Source: Felis catus (Eukaryota). From it: a stretch of 64,000 nt of DNA. Location: the NCBI RefSeq assembly GCF_018350175.1, contig NC_058368.1, positions 28,212,001-28,276,000 on the forward strand, in the 5' to 3' direction. Under the pieces are notes generated by a model. The model ran no database searches. It saw only the letters and a program-made list of their open reading frames with translations, and was not told the DNA's origin. A program made the position numbers and the translations under genes. Shown here one piece after another: positions 13,115 through 25,550 of this stretch (the stretch's first letter is position 1; each line of letters begins with the position of its first letter).

Positions 13115-13690
13115 CCATTTATTCTTATTTTAAAATATATTTATGGCATCCCTGGTATGTGCCATGCACAAGTCTAGGATCTTAGACTACATTAGCAGAG
13201 CAAAACCAAAACCATGCTTGTCTGGACTTTATTGTTCTTGAAGGAAACAGATAATAAACAGTAAGCAATAAAATAAATTATAAAACATATTAGAATGTGA
13301 TAAATACTATAGAAAAGAAAACTGGAAACAGGTAAGGGGGTTCGTAGTGTCAGTGGTGGGGGAGTTTGCAATTTTAGATAGGGTAGTCGGGTCAGGCTTC
13401 ATTGAATGGTGACATTGGATAAATACCAAAGAAGGTAAGAATGTGGAAGAAAAGTGCGCCAGGCAGAGGGAACATCCAGTGCAAAGGCCCTGAGGCAGAA
13501 ATACATTTATATTTAAGGATCAGCAAGGAGGCCAGTGTGTGGCTGGAATGAAGAAAATCAAAGGAAAAATTACCAGGTTATAATGAAGGCTAGATTACAT
13601 ACAGCTTCATAAATCATGCTAAGAACTCTGACTTTATCTCTTATATGAAAAGCCACTGTAATTTTGAGCAGAATACCATAATTCAGGTAG
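13115..13690 (-). mobile_element. L2 3' remnant
   Basis: aggcagagggaacatccagtgcaaaggccctgaggcag motif. Confidence 0.75.
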
Positions 13691-14687
13691 ACACATTCCT
13701 GTTAATGAATACTTAAGTTGTTTCCAATGAACATTCTTGTACATTCTTGAACATTCTTCGTGAGTCCATGTGTAAGTTCCCCTGGGGGAATATATCCAAA
13801 AGGAAACTAGCTGAATCATAGCTATGTATATTTTCAGCTTTATTAGAGGTTATCAAATTGCTCTGAAAGGGGGTTGTATCAGTTTGTTATCTTACTGAAC
13901 ACTATAATAGAGTCATAGTTTCTCCAATTCTCCACATTTGTTCTTTTCAGATATTTTGTTAATGGTATGATACGACACTGCTCTATTGTTTTAATTTTTA
14001 TTTCAGTATTCATGGTAAAGTTGAGCATTTTTTGTATGTCTATTGACCATATGTATTTTGTTTTTTGTTAATGTCCTGTTTATATCCTTTTCTAATTTTG
14101 TACTGAGTTTTTAAAATATTTTCTTATTAATTTGAGGGAGTTCATATGTTATGAGTGTCAATCTTCTATCAGTTATATGCATGCATTAGTTTTCTTTTGT
14201 GGCTATAATAAATTGCCACAAATTTAGTGACTTAAAACAACACAAATTCATTATGTTACATTTCTTTAGGTTATAAGTCTGACACAGGTCTCAGTGGGCT
14301 AGCATGAAAATGTTGGCTGGGCTGCTTGCCTTTATGGAGACTGATAGAAAGAATCCATTTTCTTCCTTCTGGAAGCCATCCACCCTCCTTGGTTTGCATT
14401 ATCTTCCTATGTTCCAGTGCTCTCCTTAATTGCGTTCAGTCTGCAATTCACCGTATCTATTGAAGTCTTTGTTTTGGTTTTGTTTCAGTAACAGTTTTCG
14501 AGCACGGCTGTGTCTTCTGAATTTTCTTCTTTTATGTTTTCACCACCATTACTCTGTGCTTGGAGCATCGAAATGTGTGTCAAAATAACACTTTACATAA
14601 TCATCTTAATCAAGATGACTTCTATTCACTCTTCAAGTCCCTCCCATTAAAAATCTAACTCCCAGAATTCTGCACTCTTTACCACAC

Positions 14688-15416
14688 CTTTTATTGTGAA
14701 ACTGCCTTCTCCCTCAATTTCGTTGGTAAAGCTCCCTCCTCCTTCTCCTCCTCTTCCTCCTCCTCCTCCTCTTTTCTTCCTTCTCAGTGACAATGTTCCT
14801 TCCTCCTCTTCCTCCCACAGATTCTTTCAACTTCAAGGAAATGAATAACAGCTTGTCAGAGATTCCTACAGAGGAAAGAATTTTTTAGATACTACCATGA
14901 GGTAATATGGTAACAGATGTATTTCCACAACAGTAAGTGGTGATATATCTAATCCATACCTTTGGGCTGCTGCAGAATTGAAGGTAATAGACAGAACTGT
15001 GATATTTTATGCAAGGCTGGCTCTAGATATTCCAAGGGCATCATACAGAGATTTTAAAAAGTGATTTCGTGAGGTCTACACTATGGTCTCTGTCTCCCCA
15101 AAGTAAGTGCTTGCGATGCATTACTCATTCTGTGATGAATGAAAAAGAAAAAAGAAAACAACAGCATAGATATTAAATATGTTTCACTGTGGGGTAAATT
15201 TTGTTTTTAGATCCAATAAAACTCGTTTGAAAACCCTCCTCCTCCTCTTCCCCTTCCTTCTCAGTTTCCTTTAGGTTCCTCTTGCCCTGGCTCTCTCTTC
15301 AAATGATGCTTAGTGCCATACGATTCTGTCATTCTATAGGCAAGAAGAAGTTATCAGAGGTTTTTGAAAAGAATAGAATGCTTCAGACATCTATGTAACA
15401 TGGATTTTTAAAAAAC
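14688..15416 (-). pseudogene. Three dynein pseudo-exons (AAA4 end to stalk start): 15322-15416, 14960-15129, 14688-14865
   Basis: KPLITSSCL ~ PALISGCTI; CIASTYF ~ AVSEHFL; SCYSF...KNLWEEE...LRRKKRGG ~ SYLSF...KFIYGEK...LANRMNTG; good splice signals. Confidence 0.62.
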
Positions 15417-15548
15417 CTATATAGAAGAAGCTATTTGCTATATTTGGGTCTGTGTGTGTGTATTTCATGCATATATATGAGGAAAAAAACGATACACACA
15501 GGAAAATTGCCCTTCCCAGAGCACTAATCATTCTTGTCCCCCGTAGAA

Positions 15549-15866
15549 TTAGCACAACAAATTATCTCGTACTGATGTAGGTTCTTTCTCCATAGCAACT
15601 GCAATCCGTCTTCGGGATCTGTCATGAAGGAATGCAAGTGCATTGTAACGGTGGCTCCTGGCAGAAATCAGGCATGGGCTGTTCTGAAAAGCAGATGCTT
15701 CTCTTGGCAATGCAGGTATTTGAGGCAAGATGGGCACCCCAGTTTGGAAAACTATCTGCTACCCAATACTGCTACCAAGTAACAGTCACGTGCATAACTC
15801 CCTTGGAAAAAGGGTACACAGTTTCGCTTTTTCTACCCTTCCAGATCATGGGAGTGAAGTTAAAGT
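15549..15866 (-). pseudogene. Dynein pseudo-exon (AAA4)
   Basis: KGRKSETVYPFS ~ QQGKGITFIFT; NALAFLHDRSRRRIAVAMEKEP ~ [22 protein letters not shown]. Confidence 0.68.
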
Positions 15867-16227
15867 CCAAAGGAGAGAGAGAGAGAGGAAAAAAAAAAGA
15901 CCAAGATGCACCCAGTTGCCTTGGAATAATACTAATCGTCCTAATGATAATGATTAATAATGACAATAATAATAATATTAATTAACATGGACTGAGTTTT
16001 TAGATGCCAGGTATTGTTGTGAGTACTTTACATATATTAATTAACTAACCCCCAAAACCTTCCTATAATATAGGTACTATTGTTATTATCCTCATTTTAT
16101 TTAATACTCAGGAACAGAGAGACCAAATAAGTTCATTTTGGATATAATATATCTTAGAGATCCCAAACCCTTCTGCCTCTTTTCTCTCCTTCAAGAACTA
16201 TCTTGCGCTCTTCAATCACCCAGAGGA

Positions 16228-16382
16228 AAGGTGGACAAATAAAATACAGGATACCCACTTAAATTTGAGGTTCAGACAAATAGCAAATAACTTTTCAGTA
16301 CCAGTATGCCTCAGACAATATTTAGGACATACTTACACTTAAAATTATTTTGTATTTTTATTTGCTAAATCTGGTAACCCTA
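16228..16382. mobile_element. MER53-like MITE
   Basis: aaatacaggatacccacttaaatttga...gctaaatctggtaaccct. Confidence 0.75.
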
Positions 16383-16589
16383 CCAGAGCCTTTGTGTTCT
16401 CTGTACCTCATCAGAATTGCTTGTCAAGAGAATTGTAACTACCTCACTTATTCTTTGAAACCCGAGGTCAATTTGTTTTCCTTCCCAAGTGTAGTTACAA
16501 TTTAAATTTTATTTCAAATTGTGGAAAGGGACCTGATGAGTTCATCTGGGGCCTCAGTGAAGGAGTGAGGGAGGCTTGAGGGGAGGGGC

Positions 16590-17039
16590 TGAGCAGTTTG
16601 TGTCCATAGCTCCTGGAACCCATTGGAGGCCTCCATGCTTTGAGTCCTGTCTAGAAACATTCTAGGTGGATATTCAGAATGAACATCAGGAGGATGTTTG
16701 CCCAGGCTATCCCTGTCAGACCAAGAGCATCTACTCTAGGGTTTCTCAACCCTAAGCCCATTGACATTTCACTAGATAATTCTCTGTAGTGAGAGGTGCC
16801 CTGTGCAGTGTAAGAGGTTTAAGCCCCTTACGTTTTGGGCCTTCACCCACTAATATCAGTACCACCCACCCCTCCAAATGTGGAAACTAAAAATGTCTCC
16901 AGGCATGGCCAAATACCCCAGGGGGGGCAAAATCTCTCTTGACTGAGAACCACTTGTTTAGAACAATACCAAAGACAAGAGCCTCCTGGAAGGTAAATCC
17001 AAGAACTCTTGAAATGAAATAGGTATTCCTCCATCCTAC
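16590..17039 (-). pseudogene. Dynein pseudo-exon (AAA4 start) interrupted by MER20
   Basis: RMEEYLFHFKSS ~ RLNMFLQLYNES; after MER20 VDALGLTGIAWANI ~ ADAMVHLVKISRVI. Confidence 0.62.
16737..16956 (-). mobile_element. MER20 (hAT-Charlie MITE)
   Basis: Reverse complement follows recalled MER20 consensus (CAGTGGTTCTC...GCCCCCCAGGG...GGAGACATTTTT...GTTGAGAAACCCT). Confidence 0.88.
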
Positions 17040-17095
17040 CTGAAACTGAGTGATCAGTAATCAATGTTGATATCAGCGAAGGGTACAGAGCTAAC

Positions 17096-17924
17096 CTTTG
17101 CTACATATGCCTTTGTGGGCCAATATGGGGCCCATGGTTTTCAAGGAATGGTCCTATCCATACAAAAAGATAAGGGAGGGATGTAGGAACTGTCTTATCT
17201 AATTAATTTATATACAAAACCCGGTGGAGTAAGTCTGGCTTGATAGACTCTATTCTTACTTTGGTTTTGTTTTCTAGAAATCTCAAGGTCATTAGAACAA
17301 TGGACACCCCTTAGGAATCCAAAGCAGTTTATTTAGGCCTCAAACGGTTTTGGATGGAAAGCATTAAAAAGAAGTTTATAAAGCTATCCTTTGAAACATA
17401 ACTATTTTCCTTATATTTATATACTGACTTTTGAAAAAAGTCATAGCATCTTTACTTACAGATGCAGAGTCCAAATAATGAAGTTTGATGCAATAAGATA
17501 ATACCTATAAATGTGTAAAATATTAGCATCTACGTAGCCCATAAACACTGTCAATTTTATAGGCTTGGTGCCCCTCTGTCATGCTGAGCTTAGAGAGAGC
17601 TAGAGTGGTTTGGATTGCTCTAGAACCCATTCAATTCATCGTTTACTCTTGGTTTTAGTTATGGAATAAACCTCTACTCCCTCATATCTCTAGCTGAAAT
17701 GATACATCAAATCTCATCTTTACCTCTTCCTTTCCTTCTCACACACACACCAGGCACTGGCTTCAATGCTGTAGCATTTCCCTAATTTGGGGATCAAAAA
17801 TGATAAAGTTCTTTAATAATCTTCAGTTCCATTTTTATTGCCAATCGTGAAGAGAAGACAGTGGGACTTCCAGATGACTCAAGCCTCTCCCAGACCCAGA
17901 CCCCCCCACTGGGTCTACAGCTGG
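17096..17924 (-). pseudogene. Cluster of small dynein pseudo-exons (AAA3 C-half/lid): 17751-17924, 17460-17504, 17260-17401, 17096-17153
   Basis: ASCRPSGG...ERL ~ AAMIHPGGG...QRL; KLHYL ~ KFHYV; CFKG ~ VWQG; PTKAY ~ TPKIY; most AG/GT intact. Confidence 0.7.
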
Positions 17925-18544
17925 CTGTTGGTATCAGAATTCATTATGCAGCAGTCACAATAGTTAATAGTTCTGAGACCTTGTTATATGCCAGACTCCA
18001 TCCAAAGTGCTCTCCATGTATCCTCACACTTCATCTTCCCAATAGTCTCATGTGGTACCATCATTATCCCTATTTTACAGATGTGATCACTGAGGCCCTC
18101 AAAGGTACAGCAACTTACTCAAGATAACAAAGCAATAATGATGGAACCACCTTTGGATTCCAGTGTAGGTTCCACAGAAGAGCATGGAGTACATCCCGAG
18201 GGTAACAAGGGGTCATTGACTCCCTGATGTGTACTTCTAAAAGATGACTTTGTCCGCAATGTACAGGGGAAGAACTGGAGGCAAAGAGGCCAGTCCAGAA
18301 GTATCACAGTGATCAGGCAACAGATGAGGTGGCCTAGACTAGGACAATGCCTGTAGGCAAAGAGAGAAGATAAAGTCAAGAATTGCGGAGGACAATTCAA
18401 CAGAATTTGGAGATTGGGTAAGTATAGTGAAAGAAGGGAATCAAGGATGCTGCCCACATGTCAATTTACTGGTTGAGTCATTGGTCCTAGGAACACAAAA
18501 GTACAAGGGTGAGAGGGAATGATAGATTTAATTCAGTGTATGTT

Positions 18545-19169
18545 GGAATCCCCAAAATGATTTCTTCCACACAAGCTTCTACTGCAAAAGATACTTTTAG
18601 ATGCCTTATTAAATGGTGCAAGGCTGACCTAAAGAACTAATGGACATGAAATATCTATTGACAGGTGGTGATAAAGGTGTATGTGGGCTCCATGACAGAA
18701 AGTTGCCTGTTTAAAAAATAAGACAAAAACCGTGAGCCTAGTGGAGTGCTAAGAGCCAAATCCTAGACAGGCATGAGCTGGGGTGGCGTAGTGGGGGAGG
18801 AACCAATGGCTCCACTATAGATGTGTCTTTCACTTTCAAGCCTGTAGATGGTCCAGACACCAAGCCTGGCAAAGACAAAAGCCTCCTGAGTCAAGCTGAG
18901 AAAAAGTGATAATGAAGTTCTTGCCCCGTAAGCGGTCAGAAGGATAAGAGGAAAAACAGGAAAGAATGCAGATGGAAATAACTTTTGATATAGGGAGGTT
19001 TCATAGGCATAAAGGGGATTTCCACAGAAATAGTACATGATTCTAAGGCAAGGGTTGAACAATCAACTAAGCCCTCATTACCCTTTCTAGCCAATGTTCA
19101 ATTCCAGAGAGACTCAAGTTATCAGAGAACATCCATTAGAAGTAAACTCCTTTGCACTACAACTGCCTC
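18545..19169 (-). pseudogene. Dynein pseudo-exons (AAA3): 19082-19169, ~18770-19010, ~18545-18706
   Basis: SGIEHWLER ~ GTWTHWNTR; PLILLTAYGARTSL ~ AVLLIGEQGTAKTV; GSSPTTP ~ FSSATTP; DISCPLV / HLIRHL ~ DVNMPII / EIVRQL. Confidence 0.72.
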
Positions 19170-19590
19170 CTAATGGAATGAAAGTTCAGACATCAAGGCA
19201 GGAAGGGAGGAAGAAGTTTTAGAACTTTAGCACACAGAGAATATTAATCATCCCCCCCCCCAAAAAAAAACCTCTAAAATTTGTGTAACTAATACCTAGA
19301 ATATATTCCAACATTAATTGAATATTAAGTATTGTGATAAAGCTCTATGCTCAGTGCATTTCATTCATTAACCATTTAATTTTCATAGTGGCCCAGGTAC
19401 TTTTAATGTAACCCCAAATAAGAAACTAAAGCTTAGAAGGGTCAAGCAACACATCCCATAACATACAGCTAAGAAAAGCCAGAGTCAGGATTTGAACCCA
19501 GGTCTGTCTGACTCCAAAGGTTGAGCTCATAACCACAGTGCTATCGCCATAACTTTGTACCTCATGTTAAGGCTCTTGAGCTATTCATAC

Positions 19591-19705
19591 CACCATTGTA
19601 AGGAAATCAGTGGAGAGCTATCTTGTGCAGCACCGAGATGAAAAGGGTCTAATTTCTGCTGCAAGAAAATAGCCTCCTTCTTCCTTCTGGCAGTGCAAAG
19701 AGCTG
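19591..19705 (-). pseudogene. Dynein pseudo-exon (AAA2 lid)
   Basis: LPEGRRRLF ~ LELDGRRRLE; ctctag/GTATGA. Confidence 0.72.
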
Positions 19706-20419
19706 CTAGAGGAAATTGAGTTCATTATGTTGATCACACCCCTACTGCTTTACAATTGGAGAATGTGGTTAGGAGTGGAGATATTTCATGATGAATATAG
19801 CAAAGAAATAAGACCCTGTTATTAAGCCCCCTTTAAAAGGATTTATGCAAGGGAGAAATGTAGATCTTTAAAGACAGAATTTGAAAAGACTTCGAAAGTC
19901 TTGGGCTTTTACTAAGCTAGTCTAGACCTTTACTTCTTATCCCTGGACTCTAAACGGTATTGGAATAAAACCTACGTATGCTCAATAGACTTCACTTAGA
20001 CTTAAATGAAACTTATAAGACTTATCTAGGTCAATTCCACTTTAACAAAGCAACTCAGATTCTCCAATTAGTGGATTGAACAGGTTTCTGGAAGCCAGTG
20101 CAAAATATGGAGAAGAGGGAGAGCTCTACCCTCTCCTGTGGGAGAAGCTTGGGTGGTTTTGCTCCAGTGATTCTCATCGTGTAGAGGGATTTAGTAGCAA
20201 AGGGGCAAGGGCTCCAGGCTTCACATAGCCATTTTTCCCTCTGTTGTCTTCAGAGCAGGAAGAAACAACAGAAACATGCCCTTGTGGACCACATATACGT
20301 GCGCTTGTTTGTACATTGTGCAAAGTTGCCAATGTGCTTTTGTGAGAGGATCCAATTCACCCTCCATTTTTACCATGAAGAATTTCTTACTTTTAGGAAG
20401 AAATGGAACACAAATTCCT

Positions 20420-21430
20420 GTATTCATTTTCTATTGCTGCTGTAACAAGTTACTGCCAACAAATGGCTTAAAAAGCCCACAAATTTATTATTCTGCAGCT
20501 CTGAAGGTCCCAAATGGGTGGGCATAATTATCTTCCCTCTGGAGGCTCTGGGGAGAATCTGTTCCATTGCCTTTTCAAGCTTATAAAGGTTGTCTGCACT
20601 CCTTGGCTCATGGAGTTCAAGCCTCCTATTGGCATCTCCTAGTCTCTTTCTGACTTTTAGCCTCCTGTCCGTCCCCCTCTCATAAAGATTGTTATGATTA
20701 CATTAGGCCCACCCAGATGAGCCAGAATAATCTTTCCATCTTATGTTTCTTTCTCCCCCCCACCCCACCCAATATTATTACCATATCTAACTGCAAGGAA
20801 GGCTGGCAATTATAGCCTAGCTGTATAACCAGGGGAATAAATGGGTTTGTTGAACAGCTAACCACTTTCTGCCAAAATGTATGGCCTAGTTGTAGTCAGT
20901 TTCCTGTTTGATGTTTACTTTTTTGAATTATTTTTCTTCACTTCTGCTCACCAAAATTTTCCCCCAATTAACAGTAAGTATTTGGCTTGTTGTTTTTCAC
21001 AAGTGAGTTAGATTAAGTATCTCACGGTAAATTTTCAATTTACATCATCTTCAATACATAAGTTATATATTGCATAACAAATCACCCTGAAATTTAATGG
21101 TTTAAAACAAAAATAAGATTTTATCATCTCACACAGTTTCTGTGAGTCAGGAATTTGGCTGTATGGTTTGGGGTCAGGGGTCAGGGTCTTTTACCAGGCT
21201 ACAGTCAAGATTTTTGCTGGGGCTGCAGCATTTTTTCCCCCAGTTTATCTAGAGTACAAAAAAAAAAAACAAAAAAAAAAAAAAACAAAGCTGCAGCTCC
21301 CGCCAAAAAGAAGATTCTTAACTATCACATCTGCTGAGTCCCTTTTATCATGGAAGGGCAACATATTCACAGGTTCTAGGAATTAGGACATGGACATATG
21401 GGGGGGGGGGCATTATTCACCTACCACATT
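20420..21430. mobile_element. MLT1 LTR remnants (~20420-20745, ~21040-21430)
   Basis: attgctgctgtaacaa...ggcttaaaa...gattacattaggcccacccagat motifs. Confidence 0.65.
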
Positions 21431-21496
21431 GCTGGTTATTTTTATTGGACTTCCTTGTCAGAATAATAAGTTGGAGACCTACGTTAGTCTCGAGTG

Positions 21497-21718
21497 TTTT
21501 TTTTTATTTTTTTTTTAACGTTTATTTATTTTTGAGACAGAGAGAGACAGAGCATGAACGGGGGAGGGGCAGAGAGAGAGGGAGACACAGAATCGGAAGC
21601 AGGCTCCAGGCTCTGAGCCATCAGCCGAGAGCCCGACGCGGGGCTCGAACTCACGGACCGCGAGATCGTGACCTGAGCTGAAGTCGACGCTTAACTGACT
21701 GAGCCACCCAGGTGCCCC
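21497..21718 (-). mobile_element. SINEC (young, felid type)
   Basis: Near-consensus, CpGs retained. Confidence 0.95.
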
Positions 21719-22119
21719 TTTTCACTTGTTTTTGTTTTAAGTTTTACTCTCCATGAAATCCAAAAATCAGGTTACTACTGTTATGAGCCCTGGAGCTGAG
21801 CATGTGCTTGGAGAAGAAAGAGACTGGCCAACCAGAGAGGAGCTGTCTGGTGGCCACTCAAAAAGGAAAGGATACAAAAAGATTACGGTTTTTATTCATG
21901 CTTTCATTCATCACAGTATTTATCACAGCACAACCAGAGACTTTCATCCATTATTTTGTAGGTGCTCAGCACTATGGAGATGCAAAGAAAGATAAAATAT
22001 GATTCCCAAAAGGCTTCCGATGAAGCCAGAGCAGAGAAGCACCTAAGGACCAGTGAACGACCTAGAGCAGGGTGATCCCTTTATGTTCGATTGTGAATGC
22101 AGAGCCTAGCTTTTATCAC

Positions 22120-22741
22120 TCTTTATCCTGGCTACAGCCGGGACAAAGAGCAGGATACCACCCCGAAACAAGGGAAACATCGCTAGCAGCATTTTGGTGA
22201 TGGGTACTCAAGAGCTGAACGTCAGTGGAAACAGAACGCATGCATGGCATGCACCTTGGAACTGCAATAATGTTTTGGCAACCAGAAAAGGGAATCAAAA
22301 CAAACCAGGGTTACTGAAACGGTTTTCATAAATATGGGTTTAAAAAGGGATCAACCATGCTTCTTTCTACATGGCTATCATCCAAGGAGAGCATACAAAG
22401 GGAATTTTTTTTAAAGATACTATACCCAAATAAATATAAAAGTGGCTTTTTTTTTAATTGATGACTGTTTTTGCAATGACGAATCTATGGCAAAGCTCTG
22501 AAAAGCCTAGTTGAGTTTTGCTCTCAAGCTGTTATTGCACATGGAATCTACAGGAACAGCCAGAAGTCTGAGTTCACCTGACTAGTGCTATATACCCAGG
22601 AGTAGATTCTGTGGCTCAGCCACTTGAGAGGGTCTCATCTCAGCTCAGAGCTGTGTCAGGATGGGCCCCATCCAGCTCGTTCTGCAGGGACCTTAACAAC
22701 CCAACAGAGCAAGAAGCATACATCACCCCACAGTGTAGCAC
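22120..22741 (-). pseudogene. Three dynein pseudo-exons (AAA2): 22578-22741, 22315-22547, ~22120-22283
   Basis: IPCAITA ~ NPKAITA; MLSLDDSHVERSMVD ~ WIILDGPVDAIWIE; VSTDVQLL...NAASDVS ~ MAPNCKII...NASPATVS. Confidence 0.72.
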
Positions 22742-23085
22742 CTGTGTGTGAAAAATAATTCTTCTTACTCCCCTTCCTTTTCACCTGTGCTGCGTCAGCA
22801 AATGCTATGACAGGCACAAAGCGCATGATCCAATCATGATAACAGCTCATATTTATTAAGAACCTACTGTAGAGCAGGCAGCGTTCTAAGTGCTTCACCT
22901 GTATTAGGTCGCTTAGTCTTCTGTCAGTCTTATGAAACAGATAGCATGATTATAATGTCCCGTGTTTTACTGATGCAACACTGTAGCATAGAGAACTTAA
23001 GTTGTTTGCCCACTTAGTAAGTTGCAGAGTTGAAATCTGCACTTAAATAGTGGAAACCATACTCTCAGTCATAACACTTGATCAC

Positions 23086-23431
23086 CTTGCTTTACAGACA
23101 GGGTCCTGTGGCCAAGAGCAAGGCTTCGGCCTGGGGTGTGGAGTGGAGTGGCTCCTTAGAGAAGCAATCTGAGTCAACGGAAAACAGTCCTGGAGTTGGA
23201 GCCACACAGATCCATCCAAGCCATGAGCTCTTAAAGGCTTAGTAGAATTAACTACAACGTTCACACAATGGTTTTTCAGGCTGGTCTCATCTGGCCTGGA
23301 GTGTGGCGGCAGGCAGGGTACCTCCCGCCCTCTGGATGGAGCTCCAAAAGTTCATCTTCAGTGGAAGAACTCAGCTGAAGTCCATGGTGAGGACTGCTTT
23401 CTTCATTTCTACGGATCGCAGAACTGGAGAA
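23086..23431 (-). pseudogene. Dynein pseudo-exon (AAA1 lid)
   Basis: LDGSVWLQLQDCFP ~ EDEPLFLSLIEDLFP; frameshifted. Confidence 0.68.
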
Positions 23432-23521
23432 CTGCTTCCAATCCCAAAAATAAAATCAAAGCAAGCTATAGACATTCTGATACAAGAGAGGGCTTCTGCA
23501 GTGAGTACTGCAGTCACTTAC

Positions 23522-23675
23522 CCAGTGAATGGGTAAGTTTCCAGTTTGCCACGATCTGCTCCAGAAGGGTCACCAGGCTCTCATAAACTGCTCAGAAACC
23601 TCCATGGGTGCTGATTATGGCCCTTGGAATCCAATGACAAGCAGAAGGAAAGGCTTTCCGAAAGTCTTCAGACAT
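23522..23675 (-). pseudogene. Dynein pseudo-exon (AAA1)
   Basis: 154 bp, aacag/GTAAGT; MSEDFRKAFPS...HGGF*AVYESL ~ LPENLKINFRS...SCGFIDNVVL. Confidence 0.8.
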
Positions 23676-23739
23676 CTGTTCAATTGGGAACCAAAAACAA
23701 ACATAAATTTTCATTCATCTGTCAAAATTGTCAGTTAAT

Positions 23740-24182
23740 TCCCCATATCACCACCATTCTGTTGCGATACTCTGTTAATATCTTTTATATAAGATGCTTG
23801 CTTGGTTAAATAATTAAAAACACAACTACATAGCATGTATGTTCCAGACCCAAGAAATAAAGACCACCTTCTTGTCCATGCAGATACTTGCTATTGCACT
23901 CGTCTTAGCGATCTTTCATGGGTGACCTCACTTGATATGGTTTTCAACCACAGAAAAAGTGTCACGAAAATCTGACAGTCTTATAGCTTACAGTGATAAT
24001 GACCAAAAAGCCACTGATATTTTCATTAAACTCAACCACCGCAGTGAACTCCAGGGCAACCGCATGAACGCTATCATGAAAGATCTATAGAGCTGACATG
24101 GGGAGTCATCCATCACCATTAACTACCTAATGGATATCGTTCCCATAGACCAAGTAACTTGCAGTTTGTGTTTTTGGGGTTT
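23740..24182 (-). pseudogene. Dynein pseudo-exons (AAA1 N-half with degenerate Walker A)
   Basis: YLVYGNDI ~ FIYQNEFL (23992-24182); KIAKTSAIASICMDKKVVFI ~ [30 protein letters not shown] ~ CFDEFNRI. Confidence 0.6.
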
Positions 24183-24321
24183 CTTAACAAACGGATCAAG
24201 CAGGTGCCAGAACTAATTCTAAATTTCCTTTTAATGTATTCATAGAGAAAGTATTGATTCGTTAGAGAGTTTCTAAGTCAAAACTGCATCTTTCATTGCT
24301 ATTAGATTTCCAATCATGTGT

Positions 24322-24351
<30 letters not shown>

Positions 24352-24352
<1 letters not shown>

Positions 24353-24440
24353 CATTTTGAAAAAGTATTCAGAACGCCTGAAGTCATTCAAATGGTTCTA
24401 TAGTTGAAGAAAATATGTTTTGTCTGATGGTTACATATTT
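24352..24440 (-). pseudogene. Dynein pseudo-exon (FEWL motif before AAA1)
   Basis: IEPFE*LQAF*ILFQ ~ SPMDFEWLKQCRFYFN; stops at W (TGG>TGA) and R (CGA>TGA); bounds approximate. Confidence 0.65.
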
Positions 24441-24847
24441 GAAGAAAAAGAGCCAAACCCTCATTTAAACTACCACCAAAATAGAATGGGAAAAGACCTT
24501 AACGTAAATGTTAGTACACTATTATTGCTTTCATTTCACTAAGAGCCAAGAGACTAAAAAAGGTCATCTGTATGTAGGGCATAAGGTGTGTGTGCATGTG
24601 TGCATGTGTGTGTGATTCAAGAACATTTGATGGGTTTCACTCATATAAAAATCAGAGAAGCGTAGGAGAAGAGATGGAGATACAGGAGATTGGTCTAGAA
24701 GCACAAAAAGTAGCCATGAGTCTATAGGGAGGGTATGTAAAGCACAGTTGTGCTGTCCTCAGTGGGAAGAACGGGGACATGTCAGGAATATGGCCCTGAG
24801 AAACTATCTGCCAGGCTGGACCCATGGGAACTGGCCCCGAATGCTAC

Positions 24848-25201
24848 CTGGCCTCTGTGTTCTGAGACAGTGGCCCTGACAGAGGAAGAGATGGCAGAGC
24901 CTCTGTTCCTTCTAGCTACTTCCTTCGCTCTCCGTTTCTGCAGGAGCACGCTCTAGCTCTACACAAGCTTTGCTTCCATGGCCATGCGTTCAGGCAGCCA
25001 GGTCTTTACAGAGATCCGCCTTGTCTTGGAGCACGCACGTAAATCTGCTGAGCTGCTCCGGGGACCAACAGCAACCAGCAAGCATTCCTCCTTCATTTCT
25101 GTTTGGAGGGACACACAGAATCACTAAGTGGCCACATGAAAGAGTACTAAACCTTTCACACCATTTGATAGAACACTTGCTGCTACAGATTGCATCAGCG
25201 C
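24848..25201 (-). pseudogene. Two dynein pseudo-exons (linker): 25153-25201 and 24848-25098
   Basis: ADAICSSKCSIKWCE ~ PAQVGLLGIQMIWTR; EQRLCHLFLCQGH ~ ERVKYETLITIHVH; phases fit. Confidence 0.65.
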
Positions 25202-25550
25202 CTGCCAGAAACAGAGAACAGTACTGGCGACATCGAAGAGCGCACAAATGATGAGACATACACCCAGTACACAAGATGATTGCAACTTTTTTTTTGCGGG
25301 GGGGGGGGGGGCTGAAATATTTACATTGAAACCCAAACCAAGCTATGAGTAAACTCCAAAGGATATCTACTGGGAGCCATCAACGTCTAGTTGGCAACAG
25401 AAGTTGCAGTGGGTTTTGCTGAGAGTAGTAAGGACATTCACGTTCCGACCTTGCTGACCTCCCCCCAACTCCTCCCGCCGGCAACCTCACTCAAACCTCC
25501 AGGCCTTCGCAGACCCCTTCCCGCAGTCCTGGCTAATGTTAGACTTTCTT

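Noticed and set aside
14390..14560. Possible coiled-coil stalk exon on the minus strand
   Set aside because: Looks more like an L1 ORF1 remnant and has no convincing splice sites.
23522..23675. In-frame TGA in a well-spliced exon as selenocysteine or readthrough
   Set aside because: Neighbouring exons have TAA/TAG stops, frameshifts and TE insertions, so pseudogene decay explains it.
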